A DNA stretch of 48,707 nucleotides from IMG/VR virus record IMGVR_UViG_3300025628_000001; one strand, written 5' to 3'. The stretch is from a virus. This document shows, one piece after another, positions 14,632 through 22,663 of the stretch (the stretch's first letter is position 1; every line of letters begins with the position of its first letter). The position numbers and the translations under genes are program-made. The notes below the pieces were generated by a model. The model did no database searches and was not told where the DNA came from. It saw only the letters and a list, made by a program, of their open reading frames with translations.

Positions 14632-16881
14632 CTATTCAGGTTCTTGTTTTGTTTCTTCCAATCCATACGGGTATGCCCAGACCATCAAGGCGCGTTTCCC
14701 CGGTTTTGTTCCGATTACAACATGTTTTTGTTCTTGTAAATCAGCTAAATGGTCGTCGCGTTGACGTTTGCTGTGTTTCGGGGTTTTTTGTGCAAGTACA
14801 CTTTTCGGGATCCCTTTTGCTCCGGCCTTTTTAATATGGCTAAATATTCTCAGTTTGTCTTTTTCGTAAACACTTTCTACGACATGGTTCTCTACCATAT
14901 TCACAGTTCTGGTCAGGAGTGCATTTGCCAGTTGACACGCCCAATCAGCGTGCATATCTGAGATCTCGGGATTGTCGAATCTATCCCCTGCAGCGACATT
15001 AAGCGCAAGCCGGCGAGCGTTCTCCCCGGACTTTAACCATAATTTATCAACACCTTTATTCTGGTTCTGTCTGGCCATTCGGTCTGACGCTAGTTCAAAA
15101 TCCATAAAGCATTCATGGGCCTGCGCGTTTGTAGGGATTACTGCCGGGAATATGCCCGTTGCCGCGTCGATGTCCGGAGTTCCTGCAGGGGCCATAATTG
15201 ATCTTGTCCACCATGCCTGCAGCTGAGTGACCAGATGCTCTGGAACAGGTTTTGTTTCGTGTTCTTTCCATCTTTTAGCTGGATTTGTGTTTGATATAAA
15301 TATCAACACACGACCCAGCCATCCGTCCTCGATCTCTGCAGGACTGATACCCTCGCAAAGCTTTTCAGGTGTCGTCGTACCATATAGGCAGCAACATGGT
15401 TGAACGATAACCTTGCGCTCCTGTTTTGCATATTCTTTGCCATAATATGTCGATTTCGCACATGAATAAAGTTTCATTAATATCGGGACAATAGATGCTA
15501 AATGTGGATTAACTCCGCCAGAAGCCTTGATGCTACCCATCATGTGGCCAATTTCATCCATGGGGAAATATATCGAAGGAGATTCTGTCAGGCGTGATTC
15601 GATCGCTGCATCTCCAGTGACACTTTCTCCGCCCAAAATTGCGTGAATCCCTGCGGTTTCTATCAGTCTTTTAATCTGATCTCTGGCGTGCTCCTTCCCT
15701 GCGCTGGAAGGAGCGACACCCATTGCGTACAGGTTTGTCCGATTGTTCCATTGATCTCTGACCTTCTGTCCGAATAGTGCTCCACAGAAAGGCAGGACAG
15801 CCCCAAGAGTGAGTAAAGGTTGATCTTTTAAAGCAGTTGCGTTGATCCATGCACAAATGTCTCCAATTAAGCCTGGCGGTTTCAATAACCATTCAGGGAA
15901 TGCTTCTTCAGGTTTTATCTCGGAAACTGATTCAATTCTGGGTTCGTTTTTTACTTCTTTTTTCACACTGGCCAATAATCCAGCTGCCAGTTTTCCGCCA
16001 TAGTCCATGAGTTCCTCATCGTCTGGCCTTAACCCGTATTCTTCTAATAACCAGCCTGCAGGTTTCTTCCCGGGCGTTTTCTTAGCTTCATGTACTTTTC
16101 TCTCGAAGTCTTTCCGTTCCTTTTGTGGATCCCATGGCGGATTGCACATGGGATTGTATACGCTCCATAACAGCTGGATTGCCGTACCCTCATCGAGTTC
16201 AAAACCAACTACCAAAGAGCGAGCGGCCCATAATAGAGCCTCATGGCCGTCCTGTCCCTGATTTGCCGGCGCACATTTCTTCAGGTACAGTTTCGCTCTG
16301 TCAATAATGTCTGTTTTGGGAAGATTTACTTTGTTTATTATTTCCCTGGGCTTTTCCCATGGTAATGCCGGTGCTTCTTTTTCTGGCTTCAGATGTTCCG
16401 GATATTCTGCCAGCTCGACATCATCAGGGCCATGTTTCGGCATCCATTGATACTTCTTCCCGTTTGGATGCGTGGACGGGGTTAGAATAATATAATAGCC
16501 GTCACCCCGGATATCGATTCCGTTCCGGAAGTTGTTTCTATTTGCAGGAGGATCGTCTGATTTAAACAGATAATGCGCTCCGCCTCTCGGTGTGATCTGA
16601 ACGGCTGTTTTTGGCATGGTTTCGGAGAATTCTTCGAGAGATTCAAACCCGTCCTCACCTTTCTCTGGGTCATAGTCGATATCGACGGTATAAACTCCGG
16701 AAGCTTCACCACAGGCAAGTCCGATATTTGCCTCTGGCCATCTTTGCCACCAGGCGCGAATGGTTTTTTCGTCGGTCGTTGCGTCTCTGCAGCCATGTTT
16801 TGTCAGCGGTGTTTTGACTTTAGCTCCACATGGGAAGATGTGCCAGCCTCTTTGCGAGTAGTTCAGTGCGTGATTAATCAT
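14632..16881 (-). CDS. Bifunctional primase-polymerase (prim-pol) fused to a DUF3987-like P-loop helicase domain
   Basis: The N-terminus carries GWHIFPC, VYTVDIDYD (DxD) and PRGGAHYLF, which are prim-pol motifs. The central region carries GVAPSSAGKEHA (Walker A) and YFPMDEIGH (Walker B). Confidence 0.85.
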   Translation of the reverse strand: MINHALNYSQRGWHIFPCGAKVKTPLTKHGCRDATTDEKTIRAWWQRWPEANIGLACGEASGVYTVDIDYDPEKGEDGFESLEEFSETMPKTAVQITPRGGAHYLFKSDDPPANRNNFRNGIDIRGDGYYIILTPSTHPNGKKYQWMPKHGPDDVELAEYPEHLKPEKEAPALPWEKPREIINKVNLPKTDIIDRAKLYLKKCAPANQGQDGHEALLWAARSLVVGFELDEGTAIQLLWSVYNPMCNPPWDPQKERKDFERKVHEAKKTPGKKPAGWLLEEYGLRPDDEELMDYGGKLAAGLLASVKKEVKNEPRIESVSEIKPEEAFPEWLLKPPGLIGDICAWINATALKDQPLLTLGAVLPFCGALFGQKVRDQWNNRTNLYAMGVAPSSAGKEHARDQIKRLIETAGIHAILGGESVTGDAAIESRLTESPSIYFPMDEIGHMMGSIKASGGVNPHLASIVPILMKLYSCAKSTYYGKEYAKQERKVIVQPCCCLYGTTTPEKLCEGISPAEIEDGWLGRVLIFISNTNPAKRWKEHETKPVPEHLVTQLQAWWTRSIMAPAGTPDIDAATGIFPAVIPTNAQAHECFMDFELASDRMARQNQNKGVDKLWLKSGENARRLALNVAAGDRFDNPEISDMHADWACQLANALLTRTVNMVENHVVESVYEKDKLRIFSHIKKAGAKGIPKSVLAQKTPKHSKRQRDDHLADLQEQKHVVIGTKPGKRALMVWAYPYGLEETKQEPE

Positions 16882-18508
16882 TTAAGCTATACCCTATTAT
16901 TTCAGCGTTTTTCCCGCGCTGCCGCACGGTGATTGTTCGGGTTCTGTCGTTGATCCATTGTGGTAAAAACATGTCCTGTAGTGCTTCTCTTACAGTTATT
17001 GTATCCCAACTAGAAAAGCCCCTAGCTCTCCACCATTGCCGAGCTTGTCGTTCGGCATATCCACCATGATCCAAACAGATCCATTCTCTAAACGTGCTGA
17101 TCCCGCATCGATATTGCACCCGGAGACTATCAGGTTTTTCTGGCTTAATATGCCGATGAACAGTGACGGCATCAACTAAGAGAGTTTCTGGTTCGCTACC
17201 CAAGATATTCTTATTACTGTGTTTTGCTTCGTTAAGTCTTCTTTCTCCTTCTTCAGATTCAAGCCTTTCAATTTCCTTTTTAGGGATCACCCAACCACAA
17301 TGAGGGCATTCCCCAATAGCACGACTAAAGGTATCACCACAGTCTTTGCACTCGATTATTTTAACCACTCCAGCGTCCAGGCAATCAATTGGCCCATGCT
17401 CTTCAATACACCCAGCATAGTCAAGCACTAGACAATCCTCTTTCCCGGGATGCGTCCGCAGACCACGCCCGACCATCTGCATATAGAGCCCTTTTGACAG
17501 CGTAGGGCGAAATAGGGCAACACAATCCACCTGCTTTGCATTAAACCCTTCGGTATAAACATTGATGTTACAGATAGCTTTAATCCTACCGGCCTTAAAT
17601 TCATCTGCTATGCGATCGCGTTCTGAGGCCGGAGTTTTTGCCGTCACAACCGGAGCGTGGAGCCCGTATTTTCGAAGTTCTTGGGACACGGCTTTGCAAT
17701 GGCTAATGTCAACACAAAAGAAAATAATGTTTTTCCGTTTTTCAGCCATGATGGTCTGCATCGAGGATTGGACAGCCACAGCGACAACATCGCTTTTATC
17801 AACTGCCTCGGCCAGTGATTTTATGATATAGTCACCGCCCGAGTTCCGCTTTACTTCTGTTAGGTCGGGTTGAGCGTCACCGATTTTAGATCTCAGCCTG
17901 CAGAGATATCCACCCTCGATCAGATCCCCGACATTAGCCTCATAACAGACGTGATGTAAAATGTGGTCCTTATGACAAATTGGGCCACATCCCATCCGGT
18001 AAGGTGTCGCAGTAAACCCGACAATTCTCAGGTTTTTGTTAAGGCTCCGGCAACCTTTAATAAACTTCCGATATTTACCTTCCCCTTTGGCCGGTATCCT
18101 ATGAGCCTCATCAATAATGATGCAATCGAAAGGTGCGAAGTTCCCCCATCTTCTGTGAATGCTGTCAATACTGGCATAAGTAACAGAATGATCTTCATCT
18201 CGTTTTCTTAGCCCTGCAGAGTAGATCCCAATATCCCCACCGGGCCAGACTTCCATCAACTCTTCAGCGTTTTGTTTAACCAGTTCTTTCCTGTGGGCTA
18301 AGATACAAACACGGAAAGCAGGATAGTCAGCTTTCCATCTCTGAATCGCCCACGCCATCATTAAAGACTTGCCTCCGCCGGTTGGGATTACTACGCAAGG
18401 ATTCGACTCATAGATACAAATATGGTGATGCAGCGCACTTATTCCGTCCTCTTGAAAAGGATAGGGTTGTAGAATACTACTATTTGCCGTCGCAGGGAAC
18501 AGTGTCAT
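16874..18508 (-). CDS. SF2 DEAH-box DNA helicase with a C-terminal zinc ribbon
   Basis: Motifs seen: PTGGGKS, IIIDEAH, FTATP, QMVGRGLR, and CKDCGDTFSRAIGECPHCGW. Confidence 0.85.
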   Translation of the reverse strand: MTLFPATANSSILQPYPFQEDGISALHHHICIYESNPCVVIPTGGGKSLMMAWAIQRWKADYPAFRVCILAHRKELVKQNAEELMEVWPGGDIGIYSAGLRKRDEDHSVTYASIDSIHRRWGNFAPFDCIIIDEAHRIPAKGEGKYRKFIKGCRSLNKNLRIVGFTATPYRMGCGPICHKDHILHHVCYEANVGDLIEGGYLCRLRSKIGDAQPDLTEVKRNSGGDYIIKSLAEAVDKSDVVAVAVQSSMQTIMAEKRKNIIFFCVDISHCKAVSQELRKYGLHAPVVTAKTPASERDRIADEFKAGRIKAICNINVYTEGFNAKQVDCVALFRPTLSKGLYMQMVGRGLRTHPGKEDCLVLDYAGCIEEHGPIDCLDAGVVKIIECKDCGDTFSRAIGECPHCGWVIPKKEIERLESEEGERRLNEAKHSNKNILGSEPETLLVDAVTVHRHIKPEKPDSLRVQYRCGISTFREWICLDHGGYAERQARQWWRARGFSSWDTITVREALQDMFLPQWINDRTRTITVRQRGKNAEIIGYSLND

Positions 18509-18685
18509 TTACTTTATTTCGTCTACCTTCCTATACCGCTTCTTAGTTGCTTTAGTTACGCTCCGCAAACTTGAAAAAGACCTCTTTGTTGAAGCTTTGG
18601 CTTTCCCTACTACCTTCCTCCCGGCCTGTTTAAGCCTCTTAAGGCCCTTCTTTAATTCTGCTTGTCGTCTTGTCATTTCACTCAT
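18509..18685 (-). CDS. Small, very basic protein (58 aa)
   Basis: Hand translation MSEMTRRQAELKKGLKRLKQAGRKVVGKAKASTKRSFSSLRSVTKATKKRYRKVDEIK. AAGGAAAGGG lies upstream and the TAA stop abuts the helicase ATG. It falls below the track cut-off. Confidence 0.55.
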   Translation of the reverse strand: MSEMTRRQAELKKGLKRLKQAGRKVVGKAKASTKRSFSSLRSVTKATKKRYRKVDEIK

Positions 18686-18708
18686 GTTTTTGCCCTTTCC
18701 TTTCGTAC

Positions 18709-18975
18709 TTATTCCTTCTTCTTTTTAGACTTTTTAGACTTTTGTTCAGTCATTTCTTTAATCTTGAACTCATACTCGTAAGGAGAAAGCGCAATGAACT
18801 TTTCTGCTAGTTCCTTAGTCTCAAACCTTTTCTCCATTTGTGTTTTTATTAATGTTCCGTGTGCGACTAAACATTTCGAGTTACCGCCCGGATTGTATTC
18901 GTCCATCTTGTACCCGGGACATGGTGTTGATATCCACGTTGTCACTATCCAAACTACCATAAAAAACTTTGTCAT
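18709..18975 (-). CDS. Small protein with an N-terminal signal/TM segment (88 aa)
   Basis: MTKFFMVVWIVTTWISTPC hydrophobic N-terminus and a lysine-rich tail. Confidence 0.6.
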   Translation of the reverse strand: MTKFFMVVWIVTTWISTPCPGYKMDEYNPGGNSKCLVAHGTLIKTQMEKRFETKELAEKFIALSPYEYEFKIKEMTEQKSKKSKKKKE

Positions 18976-18992
18976 GATTTCCTCCTATACTA

Positions 18993-19358
18993 TTAGTTTA
19001 ATATTGGGTTTCGTTCTTGCCTAAAAAATATAATTGTTTCATTGTCTTTAATCTCAACTAGTTGATAATACGGGTAGAATCCATAGTAATCATCCATTGG
19101 CTGCACCTGATATTTGTCGTTTTTCAGTCCACCTATAAGATATCGACAATCGTCTCCGGTCTGAACATAAAGAGAAATTTCTTCAAACTGGCTACATTTT
19201 TTTTCCTTTATTTCTACCTGAATGCCAGTGCAGTTACCTCCAGTAATAGTCCCGGTAATAGTCCCGGTCTGTGCTCCAGAGTTCTTTGCAACAAAGATTA
19301 GAGGGGTCAGGCATCCAATCGTAAAAAATATTACTATTGTCCATACTTTTTTGCTCAT
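18993..19358 (-). CDS. Putative lipoprotein (about 121 aa)
   Basis: The ATG at 19358 is preceded by GGAGG. MSKKVWTIVIFFTIGC is a lipobox-like signal. A TGTITGTITGG repeat follows. Confidence 0.6.
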   Translation of the reverse strand: MSKKVWTIVIFFTIGCLTPLIFVAKNSGAQTGTITGTITGGNCTGIQVEIKEKKCSQFEEISLYVQTGDDCRYLIGGLKNDKYQVQPMDDYYGFYPYYQLVEIKDNETIIFFRQERNPILN

Positions 19359-19359
19359 T

Positions 19360-19950
19360 TTAAACCTCCACTGGCCGTTCATGTGACAAGCACCCTTTAA
19401 GTAACTTTAATTGTCTGTCTGTGGAGAAGTCTGCAGGGATATATTCATTAGAAGGCAGTTCTTCGCTTAACAGTTCCATCCGCTGATATCCTTCTGCAGT
19501 TAGCTCTGAGCAAAAAATGCTGGTCAGGTCTTCGGTGTTCATACCACCCCAGCCGTCATACATCGCTTTAAGAAGCTCAATAGTGTCCTTCTCATACGGC
19601 AGGCCAACAACTTCGTTTCTGAAGTTTTTTAGAGCCATACGCATCCCGTAGGTTCTCTCAACTTCCAAGTGCCGGATTGCAACTTCTCCATTATAGCGTC
19701 TGATCCGCTCTCTTAATGGCCCTACCTGGACACCCCTTGTCTCAAGGCCAGACTCAATGTCAGCGACGTTACTCATAATAGTTGATTCAAAAATCAGTTT
19801 CATGTCGTACTCTGGGAGGCTCATAGCTATCCCAACATGCGACCATTTACTACCGGAACGCTTCCGGATCTGCTCACTAAAGAATCCTTTTCCAGAGAAC
19901 AGCACGATATCTCCTGTTTGAATATCCTTTCTCATTAGATGGTACTTCAC
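19360..19950 (-). CDS. Permuted papain-fold (YiiX/C92-like, NlpC/P60 superfamily) peptidase/amidase
   Basis: GDIVLFSGKG...SKWSHVGIA (His) precedes IFCSELTAEGY (Cys), which is the typical permuted order. GTG start. Confidence 0.6.
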   Translation of the reverse strand: MKYHLMRKDIQTGDIVLFSGKGFFSEQIRKRSGSKWSHVGIAMSLPEYDMKLIFESTIMSNVADIESGLETRGVQVGPLRERIRRYNGEVAIRHLEVERTYGMRMALKNFRNEVVGLPYEKDTIELLKAMYDGWGGMNTEDLTSIFCSELTAEGYQRMELLSEELPSNEYIPADFSTDRQLKLLKGCLSHERPVEV

Positions 19951-20120
19951 GACGGTTCCTCCTTCCCTAGTTTAAACCCGATCTCGTTAGCTTTAAACTT
20001 CTTTGTGGCAGGGTCAATTTCAACACCCTTAAGAACAAATTCTATGTCTCTAGTCACTACACCGTTAGCTACCGCTATACAGTCTCTCAAGACATCGGTC
20101 AGGGTCTTCATAATTTCCAT
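19947..20120 (-). CDS. Small hypothetical protein (57 aa)
   Basis: AAGGAGG lies 5 nt upstream. Hand translation MEIMKTLTDVLRDCIAVANGVVTRDIEFVLKGVEIDPATKKFKANEIGFKLGKEEPS. Its stop overlaps the next GTG start (GTGA). Confidence 0.55.
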   Translation of the reverse strand: MEIMKTLTDVLRDCIAVANGVVTRDIEFVLKGVEIDPATKKFKANEIGFKLGKEEPS

Positions 20121-20129
20121 GGTTCCTCC

Positions 20130-21449
20130 TTATTTGTTTGGTCCTGTTAATTCTAGTATCCATGCTGTTTGTGAGCATTTAACAATAACGGCAACACGCC
20201 GTCCCTTGATCTCTTTCGCCATATATTTGCCGTCATGCTGTGTTGCTGTTGGATTCACGTTTGCCAGAGATTCGTTATAAAACGATTCCCACGCCTTATT
20301 GAGCATAGACGCTGGCCCGCTCCACTTCTGGACGCTCAAATCACTCTCGTACCGCTCCATAACATTGCCAATCGGCACTCCACCATAAACGACCTCAGAT
20401 CCCGAAAACTCTTCCTTGATTATTTGAGTTTTGTCGTTGAGACTTGAAGGAGTACAGGCCATAAGTTCTTTTGTGCTCCATTTTCCATCACCGTCGCCGT
20501 TTACCCAAATTGATCCATCCTTATTTGTGAATTCAATGCTGTTGTCTGTTGAGTCTGTTGGTTTTGCGAAGTGGATCAGGTCTGGCAGAACGATGTGATG
20601 AGGGCAGGCTTCAAGCTGTTTTTCGCGTGAAATTGTCGCTCCGGTATAGTTACAGCTCCAGCGTCCATGGTCCGTGTCCGTTTCGGGAGTAGAATGGCAA
20701 CATTGCCTGCAGGAAATGTACGGTACCGGCAAAGCTTTTAAGGATTCCCCCCAACATAAATCGGAGGCAGGACAAAACCTGCAGGTAAATGTTCCGGGTT
20801 TTGAAACACATCTTTCTGGAGCATGTCTGGCTAGAATTATCCGACGGGCCTTCGCTATTAGTTCGTTAGATTCCCGTCCACTATAATGAATCCGCTCGGT
20901 GTAAAGTTCATCGGTGTTTTTGTTTACAGCCATATACAAGGCACGCTTCATGCCCGTCTTATGCATATACATTTGCATCTGAGCATAGTGCTTGAAGAAT
21001 CCGACCTTAACGCCTTTTTTCTTCAGGATCTTAAAATATTTGTCGTTGTGGGTTTTGCCTTCGAATACATGCCAAGTTTTAGGAGCTTCAGGAATACCTA
21101 AGCAGCAACCGTCCATATGACCGCTAAAATGACCGCTGACATCCGACATACCAAACTGTTCACCTTTGTCATCAACGTCGTGAACGGTTACGCCTATAGA
21201 CCTTAGATCCCTTACCATCCGGCCTTCCTGCAGGTGTCCTGTCTCAAACAACCTGTAAAGTCTGCCAGGGAAATTCTCTTGTACGCAATCGTTAAAATCG
21301 TACCAGAGATAACGATCACACTCATGGCCAATGATACTGGCCCCCAGATATCCCCTTGGAGGCTCAGTATCGCCATCAACCTTAAGGCTAATATATATGG
21401 CCGTGACTGTTTGTGAATCAGTTGGGAGACAGGAACTAATATCTCCCAT
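20130..21449 (-). CDS. Cas4/RecB-like PD-(D/E)XK exonuclease with an Fe-S cysteine signature and an extra Cys-rich C-terminal domain
   Basis: GASIIGHECDRYLWYDF, HMDGCCLG and VFEGK form the D...ExK core. One N-terminal Cys plus CRFCPASDLC gives C-x2-C-x5-C. CRQCCHS...WSCN...ACPHH follows. Confidence 0.75.
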   Translation of the reverse strand: MGDISSCLPTDSQTVTAIYISLKVDGDTEPPRGYLGASIIGHECDRYLWYDFNDCVQENFPGRLYRLFETGHLQEGRMVRDLRSIGVTVHDVDDKGEQFGMSDVSGHFSGHMDGCCLGIPEAPKTWHVFEGKTHNDKYFKILKKKGVKVGFFKHYAQMQMYMHKTGMKRALYMAVNKNTDELYTERIHYSGRESNELIAKARRIILARHAPERCVSKPGTFTCRFCPASDLCWGESLKALPVPYISCRQCCHSTPETDTDHGRWSCNYTGATISREKQLEACPHHIVLPDLIHFAKPTDSTDNSIEFTNKDGSIWVNGDGDGKWSTKELMACTPSSLNDKTQIIKEEFSGSEVVYGGVPIGNVMERYESDLSVQKWSGPASMLNKAWESFYNESLANVNPTATQHDGKYMAKEIKGRRVAVIVKCSQTAWILELTGPNK

Positions 21450-22048
21450 TACTTAATCACTAATATTTTTTCACGTTTTGGAAGGCATGCACCTTCAACC
21501 GCAATCCCAGCTTTGAGATCGGCGCGAATGTCGTCGGTCAAGACCTTGGTTGTGGTTACTTCTTTAAGGTATTTCCTAGCCAAATCCGGCACGCCTTCGC
21601 TGTCCACTTCGGCAAAAATATCAATCGGTGCTTTCCCTCCGGGGTTCTGGACGTTCAAGGTATGTTTTGTGGTTTTGACTTTTGGGGTGTTTGAGGATTC
21701 CATGGCATGTTTTAATAACTCTTTGACTTTATCAGCCTTTGCAGAAAACTGCTTCGCCATGGCCTGCAGCCTTCCAGCCTCAAGCTTGAGAGTTTTTTCC
21801 TGAGCGATAGCATCTTTGATTATATAAACAAACTCATCAGCTCTTTCGGCCAAGTTCTCTTTGATATCGTCATAAAACGATTTCAAAGCGTCCTGAACGG
21901 CCGCGGAAGGGCCTTCGGCCTCACCTTGAACACCAGAGGCCAATGTTTCATTCTGCTCTTCAGTATAGAGGTCCCATGCGCTTGCAAAGCTGTCGGGGGT
22001 TCCGAACGATGTCAGCTCGGGCTTAACTAATTTCAATGCTGTGTTCAT
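21449..22048 (-). CDS. Siphovirus Gp157-like protein
   Basis: A coiled-coil centre followed by KVKTTKHTLNVQN...IRADLKAGIAVEGACL...ILVIK resembles the Gp157 family. It sits in a Sak4-type module. Confidence 0.6.
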   Translation of the reverse strand: MNTALKLVKPELTSFGTPDSFASAWDLYTEEQNETLASGVQGEAEGPSAAVQDALKSFYDDIKENLAERADEFVYIIKDAIAQEKTLKLEAGRLQAMAKQFSAKADKVKELLKHAMESSNTPKVKTTKHTLNVQNPGGKAPIDIFAEVDSEGVPDLARKYLKEVTTTKVLTDDIRADLKAGIAVEGACLPKREKILVIK

Positions 22049-22063
22049 AAGGTGGTCTCTCTT

Positions 22064-22639
22064 CTATCGCTCCCATGGCGGTTTAGTTTTGGTTGATGAC
22101 GTAGTTGCTGGTTTGATGGTTTTTTTTGCCTGAGGCTTTGCCTTTGTGGTCCCACTGTCTGGCTCAGTACCAGCAGTCGCTTCTTTTTCTTCTTTTTCTT
22201 CTTCTGCTTCTACTTCCTGATCCGGGTTAGCTGGCTTGTACGTCCGGACTTCGTTCTCAGCTTCACGATCACCGTCACCAGCCTTAACTTTGAGCTTGAC
22301 GATAATTATTTTCTCGATCAGTTCCTGGCTGTCGGTAATCGCAGCCAAGCCAAGGGCCTGCCCAAGAGCGGCCAGTTGCTTAATGCCAATCTCAACGCAT
22401 TTCGAATTTGGGTTGCTAAGGTTAATGTTATCAAAGACTTTCCGGCCCTCATATTCTTCTCCAATAACAGAAAGCTGAAGTTTGAGATATGATCCATCGC
22501 CTTTTTTAGTCTCTTTTACTTCTGCTTTCTCGATGAACATGTGGTATTCACCAGGAGGCAAAGGTTTAAAGTCTTCTGTCTTTTCATGCTGGCCTGGCTC
22601 GAAAGCGTTCCCACCATAACTATCTGAAATATCGCCCAT
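22064..22639 (-). CDS. DUF669-type single-stranded DNA-binding protein
   Basis: LPPGEYHMFIEKAEVKETKKGDGSYLKLQLSVIGEEYEGRKVFDNINLSNPN pattern with an acidic/low-complexity tail. Confidence 0.65.
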   Translation of the reverse strand: MGDISDSYGGNAFEPGQHEKTEDFKPLPPGEYHMFIEKAEVKETKKGDGSYLKLQLSVIGEEYEGRKVFDNINLSNPNSKCVEIGIKQLAALGQALGLAAITDSQELIEKIIIVKLKVKAGDGDREAENEVRTYKPANPDQEVEAEEEKEEKEATAGTEPDSGTTKAKPQAKKTIKPATTSSTKTKPPWER

Positions 22640-22663
22640 GGTTCTACTCCTTATGTGTTGTTA

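Noticed and set aside
19939-20280. Plus-strand 113-aa track ORF between the peptidase and exonuclease genes.
   Set aside because: It is antisense to a well-supported small minus ORF (19947..20120, AAGGAGG RBS) and to the end of the exonuclease gene.
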